This document shows, one piece after another, positions 48,393-57,953 of a DNA stretch of 64,000 bases. The translations under genes were made by a program, and so were the position numbers. The notes beneath the pieces were generated by a model that made no database searches, was not told the DNA's origin, and saw only the letters and a program-made list of their open reading frames with translations. The DNA lies in contig JBMNIF010000005.1 in NCBI GenBank assembly GCA_050950765.1, positions 1-64,000 on the forward strand. Direction: 5' to 3'. Origin of the DNA: Bdellovibrionota bacterium (lineage in GTDB: Bacteria > Bdellovibrionota_C > UBA2361 > JAAYZI01). The stretch's first letter is position 1. Each line of letters opens with the position of its first letter.

Positions 48393-49373
48393 TTAGTTGA
48401 TTAAGACCCAGACCACTATGAATCCTAGTAAAACCAACAACAAGCCGAATCCGATAGAAAGGATAAGTTTATCTTCCAAAGATGCAAAAGAGTTATTCAG
48501 ATTTTGATGATTAGCGCCTTTCCTTACTCTGGGATAATCAAGTGCAAATGTCTCGTCTCCAAACTCATCTTCCGATGAGAGAACTCCAAAAGTTCCTGAG
48601 CGTTGTAGCTGCGCTGCCGCACGGACTCTCCTTTCACTCTCTTCCTCCTGCTCGGAAGGAACCCACTCTTTTAAATTAGAAGTAACCTCAGTAACAGTAG
48701 AGTGTGGTGTTTGCACCTGATTTATTGTCGGTTCATTAAAGAAGATCGTATAATTCAATAACCTAATACTATCGCAATCTTTCAAAACGGTCAGTTCCGT
48801 TATCTCAGTATCGTTTACCGTTACAGGAAATTCTTTAGCGACACTATACACAACAACATCTTCCCCACGACGCTCAATTACAAGTGACGGCTGTTCAAAG
48901 AGATCCCCCGGTAATTCCATATCTGATGTTGAGCCTCCCAAAACAAGAGCCCTACCATATTCAGGAACTGGAAGCTCTGAAACAAATTGTTCATTTCTCA
49001 AGACAATCAATGTGCGGTGGTTGATGGTAGAAATATCCGTAGCCGTTAGATCATCCCCATCGGGATGCCCCTCCGTTATCCTAAAATCCAGATTTGCCAA
49101 CTGCAAATCATCTCCAGATCGTAAAAGATGCCACTGATTAACAGGAAGCTTGACACCATTGATCCAAGAGCCGTTAGTACTTCCCACGTCCTGACATAAC
49201 CAAACTGAACCACAACTTAAGAGGATGGCGTGCTGCCTTGAAATAGCAGAGTTCGGGATTACGATATCAGCATCTTCAGCCTCTCTACCAATCGTATAAT
49301 AAGCGCCTGCAAGTTGCGCGATAGGGGTGCTCACCCCTTCCTCAATCTGTTCTAATATAAACGTACTATTCAT
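48393..49373 (-). CDS. FHA-domain protein with C-terminal membrane anchor
   Basis: IGR...ISRQHA...DVGSTNGSWING; a second degenerate FHA-like region; C-terminal transmembrane segment. Confidence 0.85.
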   Translation of the reverse strand: MNSTFILEQIEEGVSTPIAQLAGAYYTIGREAEDADIVIPNSAISRQHAILLSCGSVWLCQDVGSTNGSWINGVKLPVNQWHLLRSGDDLQLANLDFRITEGHPDGDDLTATDISTINHRTLIVLRNEQFVSELPVPEYGRALVLGGSTSDMELPGDLFEQPSLVIERRGEDVVVYSVAKEFPVTVNDTEITELTVLKDCDSIRLLNYTIFFNEPTINQVQTPHSTVTEVTSNLKEWVPSEQEEESERRVRAAAQLQRSGTFGVLSSEDEFGDETFALDYPRVRKGANHQNLNNSFASLEDKLILSIGFGLLLVLLGFIVVWVLIN

Positions 49374-49431
49374 AGTCTATCAATTATAAATACAAATAGG
49401 CGAACTTGTACATCACCGATTTTTAAAGTGA

Positions 49432-49710
49432 GATATCCCTAAAAATTATGCCGAAGAAGGACGCTAAGCGGTTTAGGTTAGGCATCTTCCCTTAAGTAGT
49501 ACACCCCTTCCCTGACTGCGCACTTGAGATGCTCCAAAAATTCCGTCTAAATAACGATTTATAAAAATGAATTATTCAAATAATTTAAGCAATACCCTCC
49601 TGCTCGTTGGTTAATTTATTCTATTGTGTTTCTCTTTTTACGGGATATCCTTAAAAATTATGCTGAAGAAGGACGCTAGGCGGTTTAGGTTAGGCATCTT
49701 CCCTTAAGTA
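49432..49710. repeat. 67-bp direct repeat (49432-49498 and 49644-49710)
   Basis: The two copies differ at 3 positions; unrelated to the GGGTGGCACCA family. Confidence 0.85.
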
Positions 49711-49843
49711 ATGCCGTAAGCCTTTGTTGTGTAATTATAAGTAATAAGGAGGGATCATAAGGATAAAAAGTAAAGTAATGTATTTAAATTAGGCAGTCTA
49801 CATCAAACAACCGATCCTATTCTTTGAAATTGTGAGAGATATT

Positions 49844-50128
49844 TTAAACTTTTTTTGTGTGTTTTTTTTGCAGATTTTTTTCAATATTATCCAGTAGCAC
49901 AGCTACGGCGTGGAATAGCTCTTCAGGTATTTCAGAATCAACCTCTAATTCACTCATAGTTCTTGACAGATCTGGATCGTGCACTACAGGGATATCATAG
50001 CGCATAGCTATTTTTACAATATCGTCCGCCTGAAAAGTCTCTCCTTTAACAGTAACTGCGGGCGCAAAAGCCCCCTCTTCATAACTTAAACCCACCGCAC
50101 GGCTATATCTGAACTTATTGTTAGCCAT
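49844..50128 (-). CDS. FlhB/SctU C-terminal-domain-like protein (FlhX type)
   Basis: AVGLSY....AP.V..KG....A..I...A....IPVV.DP.L.R.M..LE...EIPEELF.AVA.LL pattern. Confidence 0.88.
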   Translation of the reverse strand: MANNKFRYSRAVGLSYEEGAFAPAVTVKGETFQADDIVKIAMRYDIPVVHDPDLSRTMSELEVDSEIPEELFHAVAVLLDNIEKNLQKKHTKKV

Positions 50129-53100
50129 TACATTTTATCCTTTCAGAGAGAGGACGACGAGCTTTCAACCTCCTTCTAGCATCACCTATCTTTTTTACTG
50201 TTTTCCCATGTGCGATAAGAACGTTTTCAGGTTTATCACTTTTCCCCTGAACATCATTTAACTCAAAGATATGATTTTTAAGTGCATCAATAGCCCAATC
50301 ATCAAGGGGAACTCTAAAAACTCGCATATCAGCTACATAACGTAAAAGCCCACTCCACTTTTCTGGCTCTTTAGAAACCCCAAATAACAAAATATCTGGA
50401 TAGCTAGATCGTAGCTGTTTTACAAAACTAACAATACGCTCCCCAACATCTTCAATATTTATGAGTAGTATCTTAGGCACAGCAACACTACTCATCTGAT
50501 TAAGGAGATCTTCTATCTGGGTAAAATGAACTATCTCTAGATCATTGCCTTCCAGTAATGATGAGATCCTCCTCTTAATATTACCCTTTTGATCCAAGAC
50601 AAAGATCTGCTGAGCGTGTGTCGCCTCATCTAGAGCAGCCATTGTCATTTTTTTCACAGGAAGAAAGATGCTTAAAACAGTTCCGAGACCTTTTGTGCTT
50701 TTTACCGTTAAAACACCTTGATGTTGCCTTACGATAGAATACGCCAATGCTAAACCTAATCCTGTCGGGCGTACTCCAAGACCGGTATTCAGATCGATAT
50801 CTTTTGTCGTGAAGAAAGGCTCAAAGCAACGCGAGAGCGTCTCCTGATCCATACCCTTACCATTATCAATCACACTGATGCAGATATACTTCCCTACCTT
50901 TATAGCAGGATCAACCTCTCCGTCTTTCAGATCTAATACGCGTAATTTTATTTTAACTAACGGATTCTGTTTCCCTCTAACAGCCTCATAAGCATTAGTG
51001 ATTAAACTTAAGATAACTTGTTGCATCTGTCCGTAATCTGCTTCGATCTGAAGATAATCTAGCGCCTGTTGACTCTCTACTTTTATATTAAGGTTATGAA
51101 TCGAGGTAAAAAACTTAAGCGAATCATTAATCAGCGCTAAAACAGAGAGGTTCTTAACATCTATGGAGACCTGCTGAGTTAAGATCATCATCTGTCGAAT
51201 TAAACCTGCTGCTCTTTCAGTAGCTTTTGAGATATCTTTAGCGGCTTTTCCGACAGGCGAATCTTCACTACTTTGCATCTCGATTAAGGCAGCTTGCCCC
51301 ATCACAGCTTGTAGTAAATTATTAAAGTTGTGTGCCACGCCCGATGCTAACAACCCTATGCTGCGCATTTTTTTAGATTCAGCTCTCCTATTTTTAAGTT
51401 GGCTTGCTAAAATAGCGTTCGCTACTTCGGCAACTATGCTTTGCAACAGAGCCATATTTAAACGTGTGAAGGTGTTGATGGGTAGATCAGGTTCGATAGC
51501 AAAAATCCCGATGACCTTCCCACCAAAAATAAGAGGAACTAACAACAAGGAATCTATCTGAAGTCGTTTAAAAATACGTAACAATCCGAGGTGCTTTATA
51601 TCTGCAGCACTATTTAAGATCGTACTACTTTTATTGTTGATAATCTGATTTAAAATAGAGTTGTTGGAATGTTCTAAATTGATACTTAAATTAAGGAGTT
51701 TTTCTTTTAATCCTTCTCCAATTCCTCCTTGCCCTGTTAAGGTAGTTCCAGATTCATCCAAAATTCCGAGCCAAACTCTTTTGCAATTCAACTCTTCCTT
51801 CAGAAGAGAGAAGGAATATTTAGCGATCTGCCGAATCGTTGTTAGTTCCGAAAGGGCGCGCGCTACACGGTATAAAGTAGCTATCATTTTAATCTGTCGC
51901 TTCTCTGCTAAAACGCTCTCGGCTTTATGTATAGCAATAGCGGTTTGACTTGCCGCAGCAGAGATAAACTTCAAATTAAAGTTTGAAAAAGCATCTTCCT
52001 TTTTATGAAAGATAATAAGTGCTCCTAATACAAAAGGAGCTTTGTTTTTCTTATTTACAAAAGATAGCGGGATTACAACAGCAGACCTTAACCCGTCCAT
52101 AGCAGCTAAGCTAATATCACGGTGTGTAGTGTTGTTAATATCTTTAATATATAGCCCTCGATTTTCTGTTACCGTCTTTTTAACTAAACTGTCACTATTT
52201 AAGTATCTTGAGCTCTCTGATAAATATTTTTGAGACAAGCCGTGCGTTGTTAAAAGTTCCACAGAATTTAAATTATTATTATGCAATGCAATATATCCAG
52301 CAGCTGCGCCAAGTGTAGAGATAATAGTTTTTAAGCTGCTATTTGCAATCTGTTCAGGATCACTTTGCGCTTGCACAGATAAGGAGATATTATAAAGAGC
52401 TTCGACATTTTTCCTTTGGAGATATGATTTTTTTTCAGCGTTGTATCTCTCTGTAATATCAAATCCGAGGATCTCCCACCCTACAAGTTCTTTTTCATTA
52501 TTGTATAAAGGGATAATAGTAACGGCTGCACAACTGATATTATTCGTTTGTTGATTAAGTATTTTAATTTCGCAGTTTAGTTTTTGAGGTGTTTTCATTC
52601 TACCAAAAGCGCGTTTGATAGTACGTAGATCTGACGGATCTATAAAACTATCCCAAACTTCAGAATTATTAAGTAAAAATAGTGATGAAACTCCGAAGGT
52701 AGCTTCTGCGTCACCATAAACATTGGTTATATTCCAATTTTGATCCGTGCGAATCATAAGGAGGTCGCCTGTATTACGCACAGCATCCAATACCTTCCAA
52801 GAAGAGGTAGAAGCGTCTTGCGAAATCTCTTCAGTAGTGCGATACCCTTCGAGATTCTTATACTTTTCCTCACAGAATAAAGCACAGAACTCACTCATCT
52901 GTTCCAAGAAAAGTCTTTCATTCTTTGACCAAGTACAATGTTTTTTAAAAAATCGGCACTCTATCCAACCTGCCAATCGATTTTTATGATAGATCGGAAC
53001 TATCCCTAAAGAACGTGTGCCATACTGCATCTCTAAAGCAACGAATTCGACGGGGAGATTTGAACCTTGTAAGACCTTACAAAAACTCGGCACTTCAACG

Positions 53101-53345
53101 TGCATATTGTGAAAAAGGAATTCATTATTAACTATATTTAATAACGTTTTCTGTTGATTCGGTCTTGAAGAATAAGCAAGGACATCTCCGTTAGCTGCTG
53201 CATAATTGATATAAATCAGATCTGCTTGAAGAACTCTCATGATCTCTTTTGCGATATGTTGCAGCACAAGATCAGGGCTATCTAAATCTGTCAAAGAAAC
53301 CCTAATTTGATGTAGTAGTTGCGTTGTAGCATTTTCGAAGCTCAT
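50121..53345 (-). CDS. GAF/PAS sensor histidine kinase with degenerate C-terminal receiver-like domain
   Basis: GVAHNFNNLL (H-box), NAYEA, DNGKGM, FEPFFTTK and GLGL motifs; about 3 GAF-like and 1 PAS-like regions; no obvious transmembrane segment. Confidence 0.9.
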   Translation of the reverse strand: MSFENATTQLLHQIRVSLTDLDSPDLVLQHIAKEIMRVLQADLIYINYAAANGDVLAYSSRPNQQKTLLNIVNNEFLFHNMHVEVPSFCKVLQGSNLPVEFVALEMQYGTRSLGIVPIYHKNRLAGWIECRFFKKHCTWSKNERLFLEQMSEFCALFCEEKYKNLEGYRTTEEISQDASTSSWKVLDAVRNTGDLLMIRTDQNWNITNVYGDAEATFGVSSLFLLNNSEVWDSFIDPSDLRTIKRAFGRMKTPQKLNCEIKILNQQTNNISCAAVTIIPLYNNEKELVGWEILGFDITERYNAEKKSYLQRKNVEALYNISLSVQAQSDPEQIANSSLKTIISTLGAAAGYIALHNNNLNSVELLTTHGLSQKYLSESSRYLNSDSLVKKTVTENRGLYIKDINNTTHRDISLAAMDGLRSAVVIPLSFVNKKNKAPFVLGALIIFHKKEDAFSNFNLKFISAAASQTAIAIHKAESVLAEKRQIKMIATLYRVARALSELTTIRQIAKYSFSLLKEELNCKRVWLGILDESGTTLTGQGGIGEGLKEKLLNLSINLEHSNNSILNQIINNKSSTILNSAADIKHLGLLRIFKRLQIDSLLLVPLIFGGKVIGIFAIEPDLPINTFTRLNMALLQSIVAEVANAILASQLKNRRAESKKMRSIGLLASGVAHNFNNLLQAVMGQAALIEMQSSEDSPVGKAAKDISKATERAAGLIRQMMILTQQVSIDVKNLSVLALINDSLKFFTSIHNLNIKVESQQALDYLQIEADYGQMQQVILSLITNAYEAVRGKQNPLVKIKLRVLDLKDGEVDPAIKVGKYICISVIDNGKGMDQETLSRCFEPFFTTKDIDLNTGLGVRPTGLGLALAYSIVRQHQGVLTVKSTKGLGTVLSIFLPVKKMTMAALDEATHAQQIFVLDQKGNIKRRISSLLEGNDLEIVHFTQIEDLLNQMSSVAVPKILLINIEDVGERIVSFVKQLRSSYPDILLFGVSKEPEKWSGLLRYVADMRVFRVPLDDWAIDALKNHIFELNDVQGKSDKPENVLIAHGKTVKKIGDARRRLKARRPLSERIKCNG

Positions 53346-54139
53346 ATTTTTTCCCTTTTGCTACAATCTTCAACTACAATAACTTTAGATCTCCGCACTC
53401 TGGCTATAATCTCTTCTCTTAGTAACGCTTGATGTGCTGCCATACGTGCAGATTTCATCTGAGGATCACCTTCAGATTCTTTATTTTCATCTTTAAGCTC
53501 TTCAAGTGACATCATCGTTTCTTTCTTGAATTTCTTACGATTCAAAAAAACTTCTAACCCTGCACAGACAAGAAGGATTGATGCACTTAAAAGAAAGAGC
53601 TTTCTTATGACCGCATCAAAAAAAAGAAGCTTATCTTGTTGCGAAAGTGTTAGTATCAGAGGGATACGCAAAATAAGTTCACGAATGCCGAAAAAAAGAA
53701 AGGCTAAAACACAGAAAACAATAAACAACTTTATTAAATTTTGTTTGATGCCTCCAAAGATCTTTTTAGATCCGTTTGCAAGAGAAACTCGTGAGAGCTG
53801 CGCTGCAAGTGGTTTTGACTCAAAACTGATGCCACCAATTTGCACACCATCACTGATTGTAGCCAAAACAGCAGCTAACACTAAACAACTCCCTACACCT
53901 TTAACACCAACAGAAAACGCAAAACCTAGCGCCTCCTTAATATGAGAATATCCTCCGAGTAAAGCGTATTCTAACACCATTTTAAAATCTATCCAAATCT
54001 CTCCCAGTCCGTAATATATTGAAATTAAAAGGGATATTACAACGATACTTTGCGTAAAAAGAGGAGATTTCGGATTTTGACCATCTTCACGAGCTTTTTT
54101 TAGTTTTTTACGGCTAGCAGCAAAACGTTTTTCCGACAT
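53342..54139 (-). CDS. flhB: FlhB/SctU N-terminal part (TM + CN), ends at the NPTH position
   Basis: EK..AS.KKLKKAREDGQ and MMSLEELKDENKESEGDPQMKS.R motifs; ends RVRRSKVIVVED... without NPTH; GGAG RBS before ATG 54139. Confidence 0.85.
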   Translation of the reverse strand: MSEKRFAASRKKLKKAREDGQNPKSPLFTQSIVVISLLISIYYGLGEIWIDFKMVLEYALLGGYSHIKEALGFAFSVGVKGVGSCLVLAAVLATISDGVQIGGISFESKPLAAQLSRVSLANGSKKIFGGIKQNLIKLFIVFCVLAFLFFGIRELILRIPLILTLSQQDKLLFFDAVIRKLFLLSASILLVCAGLEVFLNRKKFKKETMMSLEELKDENKESEGDPQMKSARMAAHQALLREEIIARVRRSKVIVVEDCSKREKI

Positions 54140-54143
54140 TTTT

Positions 54144-54884
54144 TTACTCCTTGATAAGTATAGAAAACGGTTGAGCCGCTGCCTGAATACCTTCTTGGAG
54201 GTTCCAATTTTCAAAAAGTAAAATTAGTAGAGTAAATAGAGCAATTGATTTTATTAAGAATCCTTCCTGAGAGAGATTAAAGGTAGGTAGGATTTTACCA
54301 ATGATAGCGAATCCCCAATCACAAACGAGAAAGAGCACTCCAAAGGGAAGATAGATCAGAAAGCAATTATTAAGGTAGACTATAATATCATGCAGCAGTT
54401 GGGGTGAATATTGTAAAAAATCGGCAAATCCAATTTTTCCTGGAGCATATATCGATACAGTGCTGATAAAGAAGATTAAGAGATTATCACCTACACCACC
54501 TATTAAAAAAAGTGTTATCAAGAGATTCCGCGCATAGACACTTAGGATCGATCTTTGCGTATTGGATAGAGGATCGTAGATCGCTGCCATCTGTTGTCCA
54601 CGTCCTGTATCCAGTAGTTCAGTTAAAAATGTAGCTACCTCGATGGAAAGCATTACAGGTAACGCCATTATCGAACCGAGTACAACTTCCAAGAAAACAT
54701 TTAAGGCAGAGAGGTCTCCTATCACCTCATTACTATTAAAAACAGGTATTGAAAGAAGTGTTAAAAACAACGCCAAAGTGCTTTTTTTAACGATACCACC
54801 TACGCCGCTTCCCAACGGCAAAAATGCAGCTAGAGCAGAGGCTCGCATGAATAGTAACGCTAAAAAATGAAAAGACGGGATCAC
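54144..54884 (-). CDS. fliR: FliR/SctT export gate protein (divergent)
   Basis: Hydrophobic; EVVLG, LLDTGRG...A.IYDP and ILP.FN....F.IK motifs; position after fliQ. Confidence 0.8.
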   Translation of the reverse strand: MIPSFHFLALLFMRASALAAFLPLGSGVGGIVKKSTLALFLTLLSIPVFNSNEVIGDLSALNVFLEVVLGSIMALPVMLSIEVATFLTELLDTGRGQQMAAIYDPLSNTQRSILSVYARNLLITLFLIGGVGDNLLIFFISTVSIYAPGKIGFADFLQYSPQLLHDIIVYLNNCFLIYLPFGVLFLVCDWGFAIIGKILPTFNLSQEGFLIKSIALFTLLILLFENWNLQEGIQAAAQPFSILIKE

Positions 54885-55147
54885 GACATCTTCCCTAAAA
54901 AAGCTAGCCCCTGCAAACTCTCTTCAATAAAACGCAAAAGTATACCGGAAAATATTTCAGATCCGAGCCAAAGGATCAGAGAGAGTGTCAGAAATTTAAC
55001 AACATAACTGATCGATTGCTCCTGAATCTGAGTTAATGCCTGTAAAATGGCAACCAACAAACCTGAAATGCAGCAGATTAGTAGTGGAACTAAGGAGCAG
55101 ATAATAATTATTAGGAAACTCTCTTTTATAAATCCATCTAAAAACAT
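54881..55147 (-). CDS. fliQ: FliQ/SctS export gate protein
   Basis: GLLVAILQALTQIQEQSISYVVK motif. Confidence 0.9.
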   Translation of the reverse strand: MFLDGFIKESFLIIIICSLVPLLICCISGLLVAILQALTQIQEQSISYVVKFLTLSLILWLGSEIFSGILLRFIEESLQGLAFLGKMS

Positions 55148-55160
55148 TTTTACGCACTCC

Positions 55161-55811
55161 TTAAAGATTATAAGAGACGATCAAGCTGCGACTTAACAAC
55201 AACCAGCCATCAGAAATTACAAAGAAAAGAAGTTTCAGCGGAAGTGAGATCATGGCGGGACTAAGCATATACATCCCCATCCCCGCCAAGATATTTGACA
55301 CAATTAAGTCAATCACCAAGAAGGGTAATAACAGTATAAATCCCATCGCAAACGCCTCTTTCAATTCAGTCAAGAGGAAGGCAGGGATTAAGACCCAAGC
55401 AGTGATCTGATCTTCAGAGCCTTCTTTAAGTGTGGCGGCTTGTAGTGTTGCAAGCTCATGTTCCCCCGCATGTTGCTGCATAAACTCACGCCACGGTTCA
55501 AAAAGTGGTTGAAGTTTTTTTAAGGTGCTCAAATTTGGTGCAAGTTCTGTTTTTGATTGAGAGATGAGGTCTACTCCTTGTAAGCTTTTATCAATGGTCG
55601 AACCCATAATAAGGAGCGTTAACGCCAGAGAAAGTGCCATCACAACCAAATTACTCGGTGCATGTTGAGTACCGAGTCCATTCCGCAACATCCCTAAGAC
55701 AATGCTGATCTTCAGATAAGATGTGCAGATACCGATCGCTATCGGAATTAAAGCAAACGCCAGTGCAGTAATAACTAACCAATACGGATGAAGAGATGTT
55801 ATTTGATTCAT
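55161..55811 (-). CDS. fliP: FliP/SctR export gate protein
   Basis: TSYLKISIVL..LRNGLG.Q..PSN, PAF..TELK.AF..GF, PFLVIDL and DGW motifs; no cleavable signal peptide evident. Confidence 0.92.
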   Translation of the reverse strand: MNQITSLHPYWLVITALAFALIPIAIGICTSYLKISIVLGMLRNGLGTQHAPSNLVVMALSLALTLLIMGSTIDKSLQGVDLISQSKTELAPNLSTLKKLQPLFEPWREFMQQHAGEHELATLQAATLKEGSEDQITAWVLIPAFLLTELKEAFAMGFILLLPFLVIDLIVSNILAGMGMYMLSPAMISLPLKLLFFVISDGWLLLSRSLIVSYNL

Positions 55812-55823
55812 TATTACTCCCGA

Positions 55824-56072
55824 TTATTTATCCTTTAAAAGTTGCGTTTGATTGTTGTTAATACTTAAGAGGAGTTTTTCTCCCTCGTATTCAACAACAA
55901 GTAATTTAGTTGAAGAGCTACATTGCAGAGCATCTAAGATTTTTAGTAGCCGTTTACCATCACCTCCCTTAATTCCGTTTTTATAATATTTAACTATAAA
56001 AAGGAGAGCGCCTAAGAAGAGACAAAAAAAAGATAGCTGCACAGCTAAGTTAATCACCTTACTTCCTCCCAT
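55824..56072 (-). CDS. fliO: FliO-like protein
   Basis: Single transmembrane segment then LKILD.......LLVVEYEGEKLLL; directly upstream of fliP. Confidence 0.65.
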   Translation of the reverse strand: MGGSKVINLAVQLSFFCLFLGALLFIVKYYKNGIKGGDGKRLLKILDALQCSSSTKLLVVEYEGEKLLLSINNNQTQLLKDK

Positions 56073-56961
56073 AAACTTTTAAACTGTTTAAATTTATTCC
56101 GGCATCCCGCAGAGCTTGAGAGATCTCTCTGGTGTTATTCCACAACGACAAGCGATGTTTTAGGAGTTGAGGAATTATCTCTATCTGAAGTGCTTGTTTA
56201 TTGCCGCTTTTAATATGTACGGCTATCTGTGAGTTATCTGTCGTTAGGTAGGTAATATCTATGTTTTCAACTCCGTTAATCTTCTGCTTCGAAATATAAT
56301 CTATATTTGCTTTTAAGAGTTGTTGATTAGTAAATGTACTTTGTGCTGAAGCTGCGTGGTTATCATTACTTGAAGTTGTAAATGATCCCTGCCCTGTATT
56401 AGAAGAAGGTGTTTCTGAATTAAACGAGACCTGATTTTGATTAAAAACAGAATTACCTAAATCTTCTATGATCTTGTCACAATCTTGAATAACATCAGAA
56501 CCTAGTTCAGATTCTGATAACACTTTACCAAGATCGGCAGAGACACTTTCTTCGCAGGCTGCCTCATCTAAAGACTCTGCCTTTTTGTTTTCTAAGGCAG
56601 TAACTTTTGAAAGTATTTTTTCTTCTCGATCTATAATTTTATTAAGCTTATTAGCGAGTGTTTTATATTCAACTCTCTGCGTGTTAATTGAAAGTTTTAA
56701 TTTATTAAGTATTGTTTCTGTTTTTGAAAGCTTAGTGGTGTAATTCTTGTTTAGAGCGATAATTAAACGTGGATCTTTTTCGGTAGAGTTGATTTTCTTT
56801 AGCGATTCTCTGATCTTATTAAATCCAAGACGAGTACTTTGATACTTCTTTTCAACAGCGACTAGATTTCTCCCACTAATGGCGAGTTTATTTTCATAAA
56901 TGCGGCGCTCAAAGTGTAGTTGTCGCTCCCGTAATTCAAGCCTTTTTGCTTCTAAATCCAT
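56059..56961 (-). CDS. Coiled-coil protein with FliK/SctP-like C-terminal domain
   Basis: About 135-aa coiled coil ending ..LDE, Ser/Thr/Asn-rich linker, C-terminal ...ISQALRDAGINLNSLKV. Confidence 0.5.
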   Translation of the reverse strand: MDLEAKRLELRERQLHFERRIYENKLAISGRNLVAVEKKYQSTRLGFNKIRESLKKINSTEKDPRLIIALNKNYTTKLSKTETILNKLKLSINTQRVEYKTLANKLNKIIDREEKILSKVTALENKKAESLDEAACEESVSADLGKVLSESELGSDVIQDCDKIIEDLGNSVFNQNQVSFNSETPSSNTGQGSFTTSSNDNHAASAQSTFTNQQLLKANIDYISKQKINGVENIDITYLTTDNSQIAVHIKSGNKQALQIEIIPQLLKHRLSLWNNTREISQALRDAGINLNSLKVYGRK

Positions 56962-56984
56962 AACGCCTCCCCTCGCCTAACTTT

Positions 56985-57281
56985 TTATTGTCCGTTTTGA
57001 AGTTTGCGAAAAGTTCCTGAAGCACTTTCAGCAGCTTTTGAGATCAACTCGACTTTTAAGAAATAATTACCTGCTTTAACCTGATACATAAAAAGATCTT
57101 TCGGTGTAAGAGAGCTACCTTTCTCCAACTCCTGATAAACACCTTGTATCTCTTGATAGAAATCTTTTTGAGCGCTCTGCTGCACCTGATTTAAGACTTC
57201 GCCGAACCCTCTCGAACTACCTTTTTGAGAAACAATAATTTCTTTGCTAGGCGATATGTTTTTTATACCCTCTATCTTCAT
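56985..57281 (-). CDS. Small T3SS inner-rod (SctI)-like protein
   Basis: C-terminal TPKDLF.YQ.......KVELISKAAE.ASGTFRKLQNGQ resembles inner-rod/needle C-termini. Confidence 0.5.
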   Translation of the reverse strand: MKIEGIKNISPSKEIIVSQKGSSRGFGEVLNQVQQSAQKDFYQEIQGVYQELEKGSSLTPKDLFMYQVKAGNYFLKVELISKAAESASGTFRKLQNGQ

Positions 57282-57467
57282 AGGAAACTCCGTAATTTAT
57301 ACGTCGTATCCTTTAAATTGAATTGAAACTCACCGCCTAAAGGACACAACATTTAGTGATGTGGTGTCTTTATCGCAAAGAAAGAAGATTTCTTTCCTCT
57401 GAGAGAGGGGATTTTTGCAATCTCTTTAAAAAAGAGGTTTTTTAGAGGAGTGATAAACCAGAATATA

Positions 57468-57878
57468 TTAGTTCTGTTTTTTATTTGCAGCATCAGCGAT
57501 AGCATCTACGGCAGCCGCATTAAAGGCACGTTGCTGACGAATAAAGTCTTTTAGAAGAACTTGTAAAATAGGGAAAAGCATCTTTTTAACACCTACAATT
57601 ACGGGTCCAATCACCTTTCTGTGTGAGGTTATCTCTCTATTTTTTAATGAGACATCCCATAATTGACATAAGCGACGAAGCTTCTCCAGAGTCTTATCAG
57701 ATACATCTAGAGATCCAGAGGTAAGGTGCAAATTCATCTTAGAGATATAACTAACATCTGCTGCGCTATAATCACCGGCTGCGATACGGTTTTGAACTTT
57801 TTCATCAAGAGCGGTAGAAAAAACGGAATCCGACTCACCAGTAATTGTAAACCAATCTGCACCTTGTTGCGTTTTCAT
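57468..57878 (-). CDS. Hypothetical protein (envelope polysaccharide-associated type)
   Basis: ITSHRK.IG.VIV.VKK...QQ..FN motif of the kind seen near glycosyl/methyltransferases. Confidence 0.6.
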   Translation of the reverse strand: MKTQQGADWFTITGESDSVFSTALDEKVQNRIAAGDYSAADVSYISKMNLHLTSGSLDVSDKTLEKLRRLCQLWDVSLKNREITSHRKVIGPVIVGVKKMLFPILQVLLKDFIRQQRAFNAAAVDAIADAANKKQN

Positions 57879-57953
57879 AGATATCCCCTTCTCACTTTAA
57901 AAGGCTCATGCCGTGACAATTTAACCCGATTCTTTAGAAGTGTACAGCTAAAG

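Noticed and set aside
54140..54214. Longer flhB start at 54214 given by the ORF track
   Set aside because: It overlaps fliR by 71 bp. ATG 54139 has a GGAG RBS and matches the family N-terminus.
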